From the NCBI GenBank assembly GCA_963779615.1, contig CAVZZA010000003.1, positions 704,001-768,000 on the forward strand: a DNA stretch of 64,000 nucleotides, written 5' to 3'. The notes below the pieces were generated by a model. The model had not been told where the DNA came from, ran no database searches, and worked only from the letters and a program-made list of their open reading frames with translations. Made by a program: the position numbers and the translations under genes. Source of the stretch: an uncultured Nitrososphaeraceae archaeon (GTDB lineage Archaea > Thermoproteota > Nitrososphaeria > Nitrososphaerales > Nitrososphaeraceae). Shown one piece after another: positions 22,870-34,504 of this stretch (positions within the stretch are counted from its first letter, which is position 1; every line of letters starts with the position of its first letter).

Positions 22870-23921
22870 ATGTCTTGCATAATTAGAAGCAGTATTCTCT
22901 GTTCAGCATGGCAATGAATGATGATGTCCATCTAAAAAGGAGATGCTAATATTCTATAGTTTACCAGCCCTGATGCTATTTCAGTTATCCTGGCATAATT
23001 TCTCAACCTGTTTCTGAAGCCTTCGCTCATTATCCTGTAATTTTTCATTCTGCAAATGGTGTGCTCCATCACTATCCTTTTTTTAGAGTGATTCTTGTTG
23101 CACTCTTTTTCCTCATGAGACAGATCTTTTTGGCTTCTATTCTTTCTTTTTTTGGCAAGGACGATATTTGTTCCGGAGAGTCTTTCTCAACCCCAATGTA
23201 TCCAAGGTCAAACACGCTGACAACATGCTTTGGAGCTGCAGGATGGTTCTTTTTATAGATGCCATGGTCATGTCTGTGTCCTTCCTCATGGTTTGTTTTA
23301 TGGATAATAATGCCGCAGTTGTTAACCATGAGCTGTGTCTGTACGGTATGCCTTTTCTTCTTTCAAGAATAGTAATTCTTCTTTCGTCTCTTGTTTTCAG
23401 GTTATGGTATCTGCTGTTCCGTGCAATCGGTGAAAGATAGAAAGCCAGGAGAATGCCTTTCAACCTCTTCTGGTGTGCGCAGCCTTTTGGTTGTTTTGTG
23501 CTTCTTTTGTGGAATTTGCACGCACTTTCTTACCAGCGACTCAATCTTCTGCATATCCCTGCAAATGTTGCTCTGGTCCAAGTCAAGCAAAAAGCCGGCC
23601 TACGTGTAAGTGATGTAAAGGTGGTAACAAGCAAGAAGCACCAGAAACCTGTTTTAACAGCCAGTTTGAAATGCCTGCCTGATGCACCCATGGATCGTTC
23701 CCTACTGTCTTTTCTATTGGACAGCAGCCTGATCTCATGCCTGCCGTGTCTATTCACTAGCTCATTGTCATAAATGTCATCAAACTCCTTAACCGTTAGG
23801 CCAGTGAATGAATTGAAAAGCAGTGGTTTTTTGGACAACCTGTAATACGAGAGCAACGAAAGGACATGAGATTGATAGAATAATGACCATAAAGCTGTTT
23901 AGTGGAAAATATACAAGACAT
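22870..23921 (-). mobile_element. Degenerate IS5-family (ISL2-group-like, DDE_Tnp_4) element with frameshifted transposase
   Basis: Fragments MLSYYRLSKKPLLFNSFTGLTVKEFD, LDQSNICRD, FTDCTEQQIP, HDHGIY, DLGYIG and VEHTICRMKNYRIM in different frames; imperfect TIR ATGTCTTGCATAAT (22870) / AATATACAAGACAT (to 23921). Confidence 0.82.
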
Positions 23922-24596
23922 CCAATAAAACAAATAATGAAAATAACACATTCATTGATGGGAAAAAAACATATTTCGACAATCTTCAATATCATCTAAA
24001 AACAAATGAAAACAATGGGCAAGAACAAAATACAATAAATAAAATTAAAATGAAAAAGGTTATGAATATAGAGTTCAATATATCAAGTAAAGGATTAAAA
24101 TTTACAAACAAATCACAAAGAAACCATTATTCAGTATATAAATAACAAATTTTGTTTCTTAGTTATGATTGGTTATACTCTTTTACGTTTTTTCAAATTT
24201 GTAAATATGCGAAATCTATTTCCCATGATTCTTAAATCACTTTTTTACAAGATGCAATAATAACGCTCCAATTAACATATCATTTTTATCGATTTTTGTT
24301 AATGTAAACCATGAGCAATATCATATTAACAAAAAATAAAAACTCATTTATAAACAGATAAATGCATAACGCTTTGGAGACAGGATTTCAATTTTTTATC
24401 AAAGAAATATAGATTATGGCTTGATTATACAATAGCCAGATATATTTAACCTTAATAATTATGTTCATTAATTCATCCATTTACTATCTGCATCCCTCGC
24501 TCTCTCCACATTTCATTGAATTTCCCATAAATAAGACAACATAAAAAGGGTTTACAATTAATATAATCAGAGAATATAAAAAAAAGGGATCACAGG

Positions 24597-25067
24597 TTGA
24601 ATGATAATTTATTAGTTTTGGATTTTAAAGTTATTAAAGAATTCTGGGATGTTTACGATTTAAATGATGGTACAAAGTTAAAGAATAGAGTAATTTTAAC
24701 AGGTGTTAAAAAACTAAATATCAGCAGCACCAATATTGACAACGACAATAAAAGTAACAAAAATAATGAATACGAGTTTGACTTTCAATCGATACAATCC
24801 TTTATTTTTTCTGAAAAATCCAAAGGTAATCCTCACACAAATTTTTATAAAAAGCAGGAGCTTGACACATCATACAAAATAGAGATACCACATAGTGCAA
24901 TTTCAGAAAAATGGAATGAGTATTTAGTAAACGATGACGGAACAAAACTGAAACTAAAGAGCACTGTTACTGATGTTAAAAAATCAAATATTTTTTTACA
25001 AAATGGAGATCCCATTTATAATGTCAGAATTAAAATTTTATCAAAAGTAATTCGGCCCAAAATTTAG
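24597..25067 (+). CDS. Hypothetical protein with internally duplicated ExWxxYxLxDGTKLK domain
   Basis: EFWDVYDLNDGTKLK and EKWNEYLVNDDGTKLK repeats. Confidence 0.72.
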   Translation: MNDNLLVLDFKVIKEFWDVYDLNDGTKLKNRVILTGVKKLNISSTNIDNDNKSNKNNEYEFDFQSIQSFIFSEKSKGNPHTNFYKKQELDTSYKIEIPHSAISEKWNEYLVNDDGTKLKLKSTVTDVKKSNIFLQNGDPIYNVRIKILSKVIRPKI

Positions 25068-25303
25068 AATAATCAATCAAACACTATTGTTTTTAAGTTT
25101 TTTACACGGTATGAAATTAAGACCAATTGTTCCAAGATTAAAACATCAAGGGCATTAATGCAAAAATTGTATCAGCGCTGCAGTAATACAAAAAATACAG
25201 ATGTTTTACCATTGTATCATAACCATATTTCCTAAAATAGCATGCTGTGGTTTTGCTATTAGACCTCAATAATTTATAATACCAATAACTAATTTTACAA
25301 AAT

Positions 25304-25646
25304 CTGGAAAACATTTACGGCATAAACAAAGTAATTACAAAACTTGAGTCCACCACTAATAATAACATCGATTATTTTTTAGATTTTTTACAAACCAAAA
25401 GCATTAATGCAGGGGTTAACCTTAAAATCAAAACAAAAGTATATCCAAGAGCCATATTCTCTTGATGAGATTTATTACATCATTAAAGGAGAGGGCCGCA
25501 TACAAATTGGAGAAAAGGTGCATCCATTTCAAAGTGGAATGTGTATACACATCTCATCCAACATACATCACAGGTTCTTTGATAATAATAGTCAGATAGT
25601 TGCGCTATATTTCTTTTTCAGACAGTTGGGCAATAGGACAAACTAA
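25304..25646 (+). pseudogene. Cupin-domain gene with frameshift near 25415
   Basis: Upstream frame LENIYGINKVITKLE..DYFLDFLQTKSINAGV switches to the frame LTLKSKQKYIQEPYSLDEIYYIIKGEG..G.CIHI....HHRF (cupin motifs 1 and 2). Confidence 0.65.
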
Positions 25647-25722
25647 TATCAGATATACAATTTATAGGCACAGGCAAAATTAAAAAACAGTTATAAAAAA
25701 ATCCAAAATTTAAAAATATTTG

Positions 25723-26430
25723 TCATGGGTTATGATAAATAAATAGCATTATAGCCTCTTTGGCAGAACCACTGGTAATATTTGCCTGACTTTTTCCATA
25801 CAGATTGGCATCGATTTGATTCCATGTAATAAAAACTCCGTTTTCAGCATTGCCCCCTGTAATAACCGGATTAAAAGCATCGGTATTATTTCCCGTAACG
25901 GGGAAAATATTGAAATTATTTTTATTGGTATCATTTTTGTTTTCGGCCAAATAGACGCTGCTTGTGTTTCCATTAATTTGTTGCCATACTACATACAAAT
26001 TACCATTGAATGAAACAGCATCTAAATGCAGGATATAATCAATTTTTAAATTTGGGTATGTTAGGTTTATTTTATTTGTTTCCTTAAAAGTATCTTTATC
26101 ATATTTTGATAATTGTAATTGTTTGGTAGTGGAGTTGTTTAATAGGGCAATGAGGTAAAGACTATTGCCATCTGCTACTAGCTTGTACTGCCTTGTTTTG
26201 ATGTCTAGTGGAATAGGTGTTGGAGATTTTAATTTACCCGTAGAGTTATAATATTCTTTCACTTGTTTTTCGGATAGATAATTCACCGTTAGGTTTGTGT
26301 TAGGGGATGAAGAAGGAGAAGAAGAGTTATCTAAAATTTTATCATTTTGGGCATATGAAAAAGGTACGGCAATCATGCCGATAATCAAGAGCAAAACAAT
26401 TGAAAAAACTTTAGTTTTTTTAATGTCCAT
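25723..26430 (-). CDS. Secreted hypothetical protein (beta-rich, possibly truncated)
   Basis: Signal peptide ending SYA-Q; NLYVVWQ / VFITWN repeats; adjacent to IS. Confidence 0.7.
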   Translation of the reverse strand: MDIKKTKVFSIVLLLIIGMIAVPFSYAQNDKILDNSSSPSSSPNTNLTVNYLSEKQVKEYYNSTGKLKSPTPIPLDIKTRQYKLVADGNSLYLIALLNNSTTKQLQLSKYDKDTFKETNKINLTYPNLKIDYILHLDAVSFNGNLYVVWQQINGNTSSVYLAENKNDTNKNNFNIFPVTGNNTDAFNPVITGGNAENGVFITWNQIDANLYGKSQANITSGSAKEAIMLFIYHNP

Positions 26431-26512
26431 ATTCGAGATGTTGACATCATATAAAAATACTTTTCCAAAGTGTTAAACAATATTCATATATTTCCACTTT
26501 ACCTCGTTTTTG

Positions 26513-27508
26513 GCTTTGTTGCATAACTCAATCTATTTAGCTGTAATTAAATTAAACTAACATTTGTGACTGACTGGCCTTCCCATAATCGGTCCTTGGT
26601 AAGAAGGGGAGAGATTCTCTTTGCTTATGATTCTCGGAACTTGTGGCTGGACATAGAGACTCATGAGATAAATGAAAAGAAGGAATCAGAAATTAAAGAT
26701 ATCCTGGTTTCCTTATTCTTGTTATTGGTTACATCAAAGTTTACTTTCACCCACCATACAGACAAACAGATGGAATCATAAAAACAACTACAAAGAACCT
26801 GCCAAACCATCCAGCTAGTCACAGATTAATAAAAGGATAAACAATCTTGACACCGTTAGTAGTAGAAGCAGTAGTAAATTGGATGATGATAGCGATGATC
26901 TCATCATGGCAGTATACAGGTACTGATATCAAGGTAACAAACAGAGGCCAGTGGATGTCGGGCAAATGGAATGTAAAAAATAAGAAGAAAGGCTATCGTA
27001 AAATCCACGTTGCCGTGAACACAAAGACCAAAGAAATCCTTGCTTTAGAGGTTACTGATGAGAAGATTCATGAAGGAAAGGTTACGGATAAACTGATTGA
27101 ACATATTTTGAAAAACAACAAAGATGTCAAAATCAAATCTGTTTTATACGATGGAGCCTACGATAATAATAAGAACTTCAAATACATTGAGGAAAACAAA
27201 ATCCAACCTGGAACCAAGGTAAGATTGAATTCAATTATTTCGACAAAAAATTTCAGTATATGAAATAAAGAAGTGAAATCACAAACAAAAGATTTTCCCA
27301 GATGGAAGAAGAAAAGGAAATATGGAAAAAGATGGATTGCTGAGACAGCATTTTCTTCCATAAAGAGAACGTATGAGGAATATATTTCTGCAACCCGGTT
27401 TCAACTCATGGTGAAAGATGATTCTCAAGGTATCCTTGTACAACCTCTTTAGTAGAGTGACGCAAACTAGAGAAGAATGATTTATGGATAACCATTATGC
27501 AACAAAGC
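26513..27508 (+). mobile_element. Second degenerate IS5-family (IS903-group-like) insertion sequence
   Basis: TIRs GCTTTGTTGCATAA (26513) / TTATGCAACAAAGC (to 27508); fragments MTDWPSHNRSLVRRGEIL, TDIKVTNRGQWM..KIHVAVNTKTKEILALEVTDE, DGAYD and RWIAETAFSSIKRTY interrupted by stops/frameshifts. Confidence 0.9.
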
Positions 27509-28415
27509 GTATTTTTTCTTTATATTTCAATAAACAACGTTTTACTTAGATATTCTTCTAGACGCATTTTGAAAGTTTTGCATACATAGCCCCATATCAT
27601 TTTTCCTGAGATGCGAATCAAAGTTAAGTTTAATCCCAGCAGTAAAATATAAAACCAATAGCAGGCAGCAATAATCAAGTTAAATTTAAACTTTTTTGGA
27701 GGAAACCACATCATTTTGGTAATTGCGCTTTCTGTGTAATATCAGATAATTTAATACCAAATGTTAATGACACTAAACCAAAACTATTTTTCTCGGGTTT
27801 TAATTCCTTGAAAGTATCATAAAAGCAAACCAAGCAACAGTCATGGGTTATCGGAACATAAACTAAAAAAGATCAAGATTTGAGGATATGTTCATCACCC
27901 ATATTCACATTAATTTGTGAAGAATATTTACAACAAATTAGTGGTGAATATGCATATATTACATTAAAGTTAAAGGTGTTGCATAACAGCATTATTTTTT
28001 TGGGTCTTACTAATAATTAATTAAAACAAACATATTATTTCTTCAAATAATAACTTAGAAGGACACTAAATAAACAGCATACATTAAATTATACGGCTCC
28101 ACTCATCAAGATTTTGTTTTGTAAGTGTCTCATCAATACCTGCAGTTAATTTTATCAGAAATAATGGCCAAATTCCAAACCATCACTCTTCAATTGACAC
28201 TACATTATTATATACATTATTCGGTTAAAAGAACTAATTTAAACAATAAAAAGAAAAGAAATTTCCGCAGGTAAGCAAAGCCGATTATACCAATAACCAA
28301 AACTCTTAACAAACCCACTATTGCGTTATGATAAATTATAAATGACTATCAATACACAAAAAAATACCATAATATGAATAAATAGTAAAACAGCCTATCC
28401 ATTAATAGACAGAAT

Positions 28416-29309
28416 ATGGAACACGCTTGGCAAAAAAGAGATACAGGCATTACTGTAAGAATTATTGTTTGTTTAGCCATACTCGCATTTTTATACATTG
28501 TTTTTATGACAGTCCTTGCTTATGTAGGTCTTGGTTTTTTTCCCATTATGATAATTTCTGCAGCATTTATTCTTGCACAGTGGTATTTTTCAGACAAAAT
28601 TGTTCTTTGGAGCACCCGCTCAAAAGTTGTTAGCAGCAGCCAATACCCAACACTTCACTCGCTTGTAGAGAGAATAGTTTCACGAAATAACATGCCTAAA
28701 CCAAAAATTGCTGTTTCAGTCAATAGAATTCCAAATGCTTTTGCAACAGGGAAGGGACCCAATAGTGCAGTAGTCGCAGTAACATCAGGTTTATTGGAAA
28801 TACTTGACACCGATGAATTAGAAGGTGTTATAGCTCATGAATTGACACATGTAAAAAATCGTGATGTCATGGTTATTACACTTGCAAGTTTATTTTCAAC
28901 CATTGCATGGCAGATAATGCAGTTTGGGTATTTTGGAAGTTTTTACAATATGGGTAACAGAGATTGTAATAATGGCAATGCATTTCTGATAGTAATACTT
29001 GCAGCTTTTGTTACATGGTTAGTTAGTTTTCTCATTATCAGAGCCATCTCACGATATAGAGAGTATTCAGCAGATAGAGGTTCAGCACAAATGACAGGAA
29101 AACCTGCAAAACTAGCTAGCGCCTTAATGAAAATAAGTGGGACCATGAAACAGGTCCCAAACAGAGATTTGAGGCAGGTTGAAGGATATAATGCATTCTT
29201 TATAATCCCGGCCATTTCAGGTAGCACTTTTACCAATCTATTTTCAACCCACCCTCCAGTAGAAAAAAGAATACAAAAACTATTAGATATGGAGGCATCC
29301 ATGTATTGA
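28416..29309 (+). CDS. htpX: Zinc metalloprotease HtpX (M48)
   Basis: PNAFATG, ELEGVIAHELTHVKNRD, SRYREYSADRGSA, LFSTHPPVEKRI and four TM segments. Confidence 0.95.
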   Translation: MEHAWQKRDTGITVRIIVCLAILAFLYIVFMTVLAYVGLGFFPIMIISAAFILAQWYFSDKIVLWSTRSKVVSSSQYPTLHSLVERIVSRNNMPKPKIAVSVNRIPNAFATGKGPNSAVVAVTSGLLEILDTDELEGVIAHELTHVKNRDVMVITLASLFSTIAWQIMQFGYFGSFYNMGNRDCNNGNAFLIVILAAFVTWLVSFLIIRAISRYREYSADRGSAQMTGKPAKLASALMKISGTMKQVPNRDLRQVEGYNAFFIIPAISGSTFTNLFSTHPPVEKRIQKLLDMEASMY

Positions 29310-30064
29310 AGTTTTTTAGAAAACTGTTAGACAAATTTGAAACAGGTGCTTTTGAAGAGTCCAATTCAAAAGATGATGATTCGGATGCAATATTTTCTAT
29401 AACCTCGGCGAGCCTATCAATTGAAGAAAAACTGGGGTTGCAATTTTCAGGGACTGCGGCTTTATGCGTAAAGGTAATAAATGGGTCCATGTTTAAAAAC
29501 GCAATCAAAGACTGCACCGATTTACTCAATGTTTCTAAGAATGAGTTTAAGTTTAATTTTAAAATCATCACAGACCATTATGATTATTTATGGGTCATCA
29601 TTAATGGGGAAAAACTGATGATTCATTCAGACACGATAACAAATGTTGCGGCTGCACTGTCTGCTACTGGAGACATACTGGAAGAAAACGGGTTCTCCGA
29701 GCAGATACTATCTGCCATATTTCAGTTCAAACTTTCTGACAGCAGTTCAGATTTAGAAAAAGTCGAATCAGATACACAAGGAGATATTGAGAATAACCAA
29801 AATAAGGGATTTAATTTCACAGCAGAAGAAGAAAATAGTCAAAAAAGTAGATACAGATACAATAACAGCAGCAGCAACAATAATAAAATAAATATGTACC
29901 TTATATACAACTACAAGACAAATAACTTTTATCCGTATGTACCGCTTGACAATATTAGAAGGGATACATCTAGAGAGATGCAGATAATTTCCATATTAAA
30001 AAGTTTGGTTTCTGTTGAGAACGACTATTCTAAATGGTTCCCAATTAAAGATATGCCATTTTAA
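29306..30064 (+). CDS. PspA-associated protein PspAB-like
   Basis: 4-bp overlap with htpX; motifs D.IFSITSA, DHYDYLWVI, GFSEQILSAIF and YLIYNYK.NNFYPYVP..RD...E..I...E.D.S.WFPI recalled from the PspAB family. Confidence 0.75.
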   Translation: MKFFRKLLDKFETGAFEESNSKDDDSDAIFSITSASLSIEEKLGLQFSGTAALCVKVINGSMFKNAIKDCTDLLNVSKNEFKFNFKIITDHYDYLWVIINGEKLMIHSDTITNVAAALSATGDILEENGFSEQILSAIFQFKLSDSSSDLEKVESDTQGDIENNQNKGFNFTAEEENSQKSRYRYNNSSSNNNKINMYLIYNYKTNNFYPYVPLDNIRRDTSREMQIISILKSLVSVENDYSKWFPIKDMPF

Positions 30065-30479
30065 ACCCGAAAACGGCAAGCAATCAACCAAAAAAAGTAA
30101 AAAAATTTTTTTTATGTGGGAGTTAACAGTTCTGCAAATACACTGGTAATGTTTAATGTAAAGTATTTGTAGAAATTTACTTCATTTTTTTTTAAAAATG
30201 GTATCAAATATACGATTACTTCGACCGTCTAGTGTGTGAAAACAACCACAATTTGTTTACAAATACAACTAGACCATATCCTACACAAGCGTTAACTCAC
30301 TTGTTGCTTCTCCCACAATAATCAGGATTTCCTTTCTTTTTTTATAAATTGTTATTGAAACGTTACAATGCTAAAGTTAATCATTATTTTCACTTAACAA
30401 TAATGAAAAAAAATTTTTATTTAAACAAAAGAGGAAAGTCCAAGTTAAAATTGTTGAGTAGAGTCACACAAAACATTTT

Positions 30480-30830
30480 TTAGTACACATCTTTGACAAT
30501 TCCATCCCCTTTAAACAACCTTCTAGCTTCTTCCAATGTTATATCTTTTCCAGGTATCACCACATCAGACTGTACTATTTCTTTGGAGGCGATAGCGTCA
30601 CCTTTTTCTTCTACAATCAAATTAAGGAGTTTAAGCTGTCTCTCAAACTCAGCTTTCACCGAATCATTATTTTCCCCATTTTCAAGTAACTTTACGATTT
30701 TGTTGTCAATTGTATTTATTTCATGCATAGTGTTAGAATCTACGGCGTATTGTCCAAAACCCAGTATTCTAACAATTTTTTTTTCTTTGTTTATCTTATT
30801 CCACATATCCTTTAACCAAGTTTTTTTCAA
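30480..30830 (-). CDS. PspA-associated protein PspAA-like
   Basis: IVRILGFGQY, INTIDN and SDVVIPG.D.TLEEARRLFKGDGIV; directly downstream of pspA. Confidence 0.8.
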   Translation of the reverse strand: MKKTWLKDMWNKINKEKKIVRILGFGQYAVDSNTMHEINTIDNKIVKLLENGENNDSVKAEFERQLKLLNLIVEEKGDAIASKEIVQSDVVIPGKDITLEEARRLFKGDGIVKDVY

Positions 30831-30875
30831 TTTAACTTTTTTTATGCTATTGTGACAGTTAAGTTAATTTTTTTA

Positions 30876-31574
30876 TCATGGTGTCAAACTTGATTTTAAT
30901 TTGTCCAAATCGTATTCTACTTTATTTTTTATATCAGTTTTTTCCAGTTCCAGTTCTATTTGATCTTTGTTGTTTGAATAATCGACTAATGTTCCAGAGT
31001 CTATCATCTCATCAATAGCCATTGCTTTTGATTGCATTGATTGTGTCTTTTCTTCTGCGCGACTTATCGACATGCCTATATCGGACATCTCTTCGGATAT
31101 TCCAGTGAGGTTTTCCTTTATTCTTACCTCTGCTTCTGCTGACGAATAGCGTGCTTTTATTATTTCTTTTCTGGATTTAAATTCTTCAACCTTGGCAGAA
31201 AGACGTCTTTCTGCATTTTCTAATTTATTTTGTTCGTTTTGTATTTCCATTATATGTTTTTCTAACTCTTTAATTTGAGCAAGGTTAGTATTTTTCCTTT
31301 CTAATGCGAGTCGAGCCAGGTCATCCCTACCGGCTTTAACAGCCGCTTTTGCCTGCTCATCTAGTTTGTTAATATTTTCCACGATTCTGGATTTCTGCAT
31401 TTCCAGTCTTTTTTTTGAGGCAACTACCTCAACAATGTCTCGTCGTAGCCTTTGGATAAGTTCGGTCTGTTTTACTGCAGAATAATCCAATGCTTCACGA
31501 GGATCTTCATGGTTTTCTAAAACTTTATTTACTTTTTGCTTTATGAGATTAATAAGCCTATTAGAGAAACTCAA
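30876..31574 (-). CDS. pspA: PspA/IM30 (ESCRT-III superfamily) protein
   Basis: EDPREALD, A..AVKAGRDDLARLALERK, KARYSSAEA, RAEEKT..M.SKA.A coiled coil. Confidence 0.93.
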   Translation of the reverse strand: MSFSNRLINLIKQKVNKVLENHEDPREALDYSAVKQTELIQRLRRDIVEVVASKKRLEMQKSRIVENINKLDEQAKAAVKAGRDDLARLALERKNTNLAQIKELEKHIMEIQNEQNKLENAERRLSAKVEEFKSRKEIIKARYSSAEAEVRIKENLTGISEEMSDIGMSISRAEEKTQSMQSKAMAIDEMIDSGTLVDYSNNKDQIELELEKTDIKNKVEYDLDKLKSSLTP

Positions 31575-32309
31575 AGTGTATCTACTACATATTAATTGTA
31601 CAAAGTTACTTTAATTCTTTTAAACAAAAGTTTAAAAAAATAGCTATGTTTAATGAAAATCATTTTAAAAAATAATGAAAGTTTGCCTTTTGGTGAGAGA
31701 TAAAAAATAAAATAAAGCATCGTCTCACACATCTGTACAAAAGCCTTTTTGCAATAAAGTATTGTTTTCCATCGCGCTTTTTCAACGTCACCATCAAAAA
31801 ATTTTTTTTCCATCTTTTTGTCGAATTGCCAATAGAGAATCATTTGTCCTATATTGTGATTAACTTATTTTTTATCATTAGAGGGATAGAATAAATGAAA
31901 TGCTGCTTATGCTGATGAATTATGGAGGGAGAGTAAAACTGGCAGATATTGTAATAACAATGGGCCTTTGTTTTAATGAGTGCATCCTTTTTAAAGGCGT
32001 AGGGGAGGGTATTTCGTAGTAAAGAAACCATAAAAAACGAATCCAAAACAAAAGGAGGATACAATCCGTAGGAAGAAACCCATAGATTCAAGGAAGCATG
32101 AACTGCTCAATTTGGCTCCATAATAATGGTCACGGTTTGCTATCCAAATAGGAGGTAATGCTTTTTTTTGAGTAATCAACAATAACATTTTTGACCAATG
32201 TACAAATAAAAAAGATAGAACATTTTTTGGCAGTGGCGGCACTGGAGGCATGGCAGAAAGGGGCAAGAAATTTATGTATAACAATAAGCAGTGGTGTAGG
32301 ATACTAAAA

Positions 32310-32744
32310 ATGAAAGCTTATGATATAATGTCGATAGATATCGAGGCTGCTAGAGAAAATGCCACAGTTACAGAAATAGGTACACGATTGATTTTGCGTG
32401 CAATTAATGGGATGCCGATAATAGACGATGATGGAAAAGTCATAGGCATATTAACTATCATTGACATACTTCGCGCCATAAAAGATAATAAAAATATAGA
32501 CACTCTCAAGGCAAGTGATATAATGACCAATAATCCCATAGTTATAGAACAGGGAACTGACATCTTGGAAATAATAGACATAATGGATAAAAAGGGAATT
32601 GAAATGGTTCCCGTGATAGAGGCAGAGAATGATAACAGAATTATTGGAATTGTATCAAGAAAAGACATAATTGAAGAAAAATTCAATGAAAGGTTCGTTA
32701 CTATAGGCATGAAAAAAACTATCACAAAGACGTTGGGTGAATAA
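32310..32744 (+). CDS. CBS domain pair protein
   Basis: MKAYDIMS, GMPIIDDDGKVIGILT..DI, ASDIMT, VPVI..IIGIVSRKDI; start taken at ATG 32310. Confidence 0.88.
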   Translation: MKAYDIMSIDIEAARENATVTEIGTRLILRAINGMPIIDDDGKVIGILTIIDILRAIKDNKNIDTLKASDIMTNNPIVIEQGTDILEIIDIMDKKGIEMVPVIEAENDNRIIGIVSRKDIIEEKFNERFVTIGMKKTITKTLGE

Positions 32745-33162
32745 AGTCAAGTATTTTGATACGAACAAATCCTTAACACTTTCTTTGCCGATTAAGTTCA
32801 TCACATACTTCAACTCTATTCATAAAACACAATTCAAACCCGCAATTATTTAGGATGGTGTAAACACCTTGAACATAAAGGAGGATGGATTAATAACCCC
32901 TTTATTTTTACTATTTCTAAAGAGAGATAAAATATTTCAAACATTACCCACCTATAAAATTCTGATTTAAGATTGCGTACTTGTTGACAACCAACAATCT
33001 TTTTCTTAAATAAACTTAAGGTTGGTTGAATACAAGATCTCCATCACTCTATTATATTTTTTACCCTAAAAAAGTGAGTAGAATAAAAAAAACAAACATC
33101 AAGGCATTTTTTACTATATGCTTATATATTCATAAGGTATATCTTCAATATCAAAAAATAGC

Positions 33163-33924
33163 ATGTCATTAGAGCTGAGATGGTTTTTTCAGGGAAAAAT
33201 TCCAGACGAAATTAAAAGATGGTTTAACAAAGGTTCTTTTGACAATGAAAAATCCATTTTAGAAAAGGAAGAAACATTTCAAGACATTTACCTTTTTAAC
33301 CCCGAAGTTAACTACTCTAGTGTAAAATTCAGGAATGAAAATTTTGGCATTAAATGGAGGAAAAACACATACCCTATCGCCATCAGAATTAACAAAACGA
33401 ATATTGCTGGAATAGCAGAAGAATGGAAGTTATGGGAACTCAAAGATGACAAAATTTCCGAGGAAATACAACTGTATATGGACAGAAATGATAAACACCC
33501 ATGGATAAAAATAAATAAAAATAGGCAAAGATATCATTTCAAAATATCAGATACAACTAAAGAACATTTGGAACCAGAAACAGGCAGACCCAATGCGGAT
33601 TTTTCCATGGAACTCACAAATGTGATATTAGAAAAAAATCAAGACATTTCATGGTGGACAATAGGAATAGATTTATTTGATAAAAGCAACAGCAACATCA
33701 TCAACAACAACAGCAGTAATTACATGAATAATGACCATGGGAAAAAAATACTTGAGAAAATCTCCAGAATGCTTCTTGAAAATTATCCTCACAATAACCT
33801 GCTTGAAGTTAGATCCTATGGATATCCTCAATTATTTTCACTATATGCAGACTTGATTAAATCGTCAAGTCAAAACAACAACAATTCAATAACAACATCA
33901 AAATTTGATAGTCTTGCGGACTAA
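33163..33924 (+). CDS. Hypothetical protein, CYTH-like
   Basis: N-terminal SLELRWFF, DIYL, VKFR, EEWKLW, ELT, WWTIG and SYGYP pattern. Confidence 0.6.
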   Translation: MSLELRWFFQGKIPDEIKRWFNKGSFDNEKSILEKEETFQDIYLFNPEVNYSSVKFRNENFGIKWRKNTYPIAIRINKTNIAGIAEEWKLWELKDDKISEEIQLYMDRNDKHPWIKINKNRQRYHFKISDTTKEHLEPETGRPNADFSMELTNVILEKNQDISWWTIGIDLFDKSNSNIINNNSSNYMNNDHGKKILEKISRMLLENYPHNNLLEVRSYGYPQLFSLYADLIKSSSQNNNNSITTSKFDSLAD

Positions 33925-33983
33925 AGACATGGAAAGCACAGTTAGGAATATAACACTTTTAACGAACCCTATTTCTTTTACAT

Positions 33984-34403
33984 ATGAAACATAAAACCGA
34001 ATATATCAACCTGAAAACCAATTCAAGGCGCGAATTTGTAAACATCACTCAACAGGTAAGAAGAACTGTTGATGAAAGCGGAGTCACAGAGGGCCTTTGT
34101 TTAGTAAATTCAATGCACATTTCATCCAGTATTTTCATAAATGATAATGAAACGGGTTTACATAAAGATTTTGACAAATGGTTAGAACAACTGGCGCCAC
34201 ACAGTCCAGCTAGTCAATACCGACACAATGATACTGGAGAAGACAATGCAGATGCACATCTTAAACGCCAAATTATGGGCAGGGATGTTGTCATTGCCAT
34301 AACTAATGGAAAACTCGACTTTGGGCCATGGGAACAGGTGTTTTATGGAGAATTTGACGGACAAAGAAATAAAAAAGTATTGATAAAAGTAATTGGCTAC
34401 TGA
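33984..34403 (+). CDS. yjbQ: YjbQ / UPF0047 family protein
   Basis: [49 protein letters not shown]. Confidence 0.92.
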   Translation: MKHKTEYINLKTNSRREFVNITQQVRRTVDESGVTEGLCLVNSMHISSSIFINDNETGLHKDFDKWLEQLAPHSPASQYRHNDTGEDNADAHLKRQIMGRDVVIAITNGKLDFGPWEQVFYGEFDGQRNKKVLIKVIGY

Positions 34404-34504
34404 ACAAACAATAAGAAAAAGAACTTCAAAAAACCGATTCTTTTTTCGTGTTGCAGTGCACAGAATTTGAAAAGTTTATAATACAAAGTAAATCTTGATT
34501 AAAA

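Noticed and set aside
27975-27992. Partial match GTTGCATAAC to the IS903-like TIR
   Set aside because: Lacks the GCTTT terminus and has no partner end.
31592-32284. Three overlapping minus-strand ORFs between pspA and the CBS gene
   Set aside because: F/K/L-rich composition typical of AT-rich noncoding or decayed DNA; no motif recognised.
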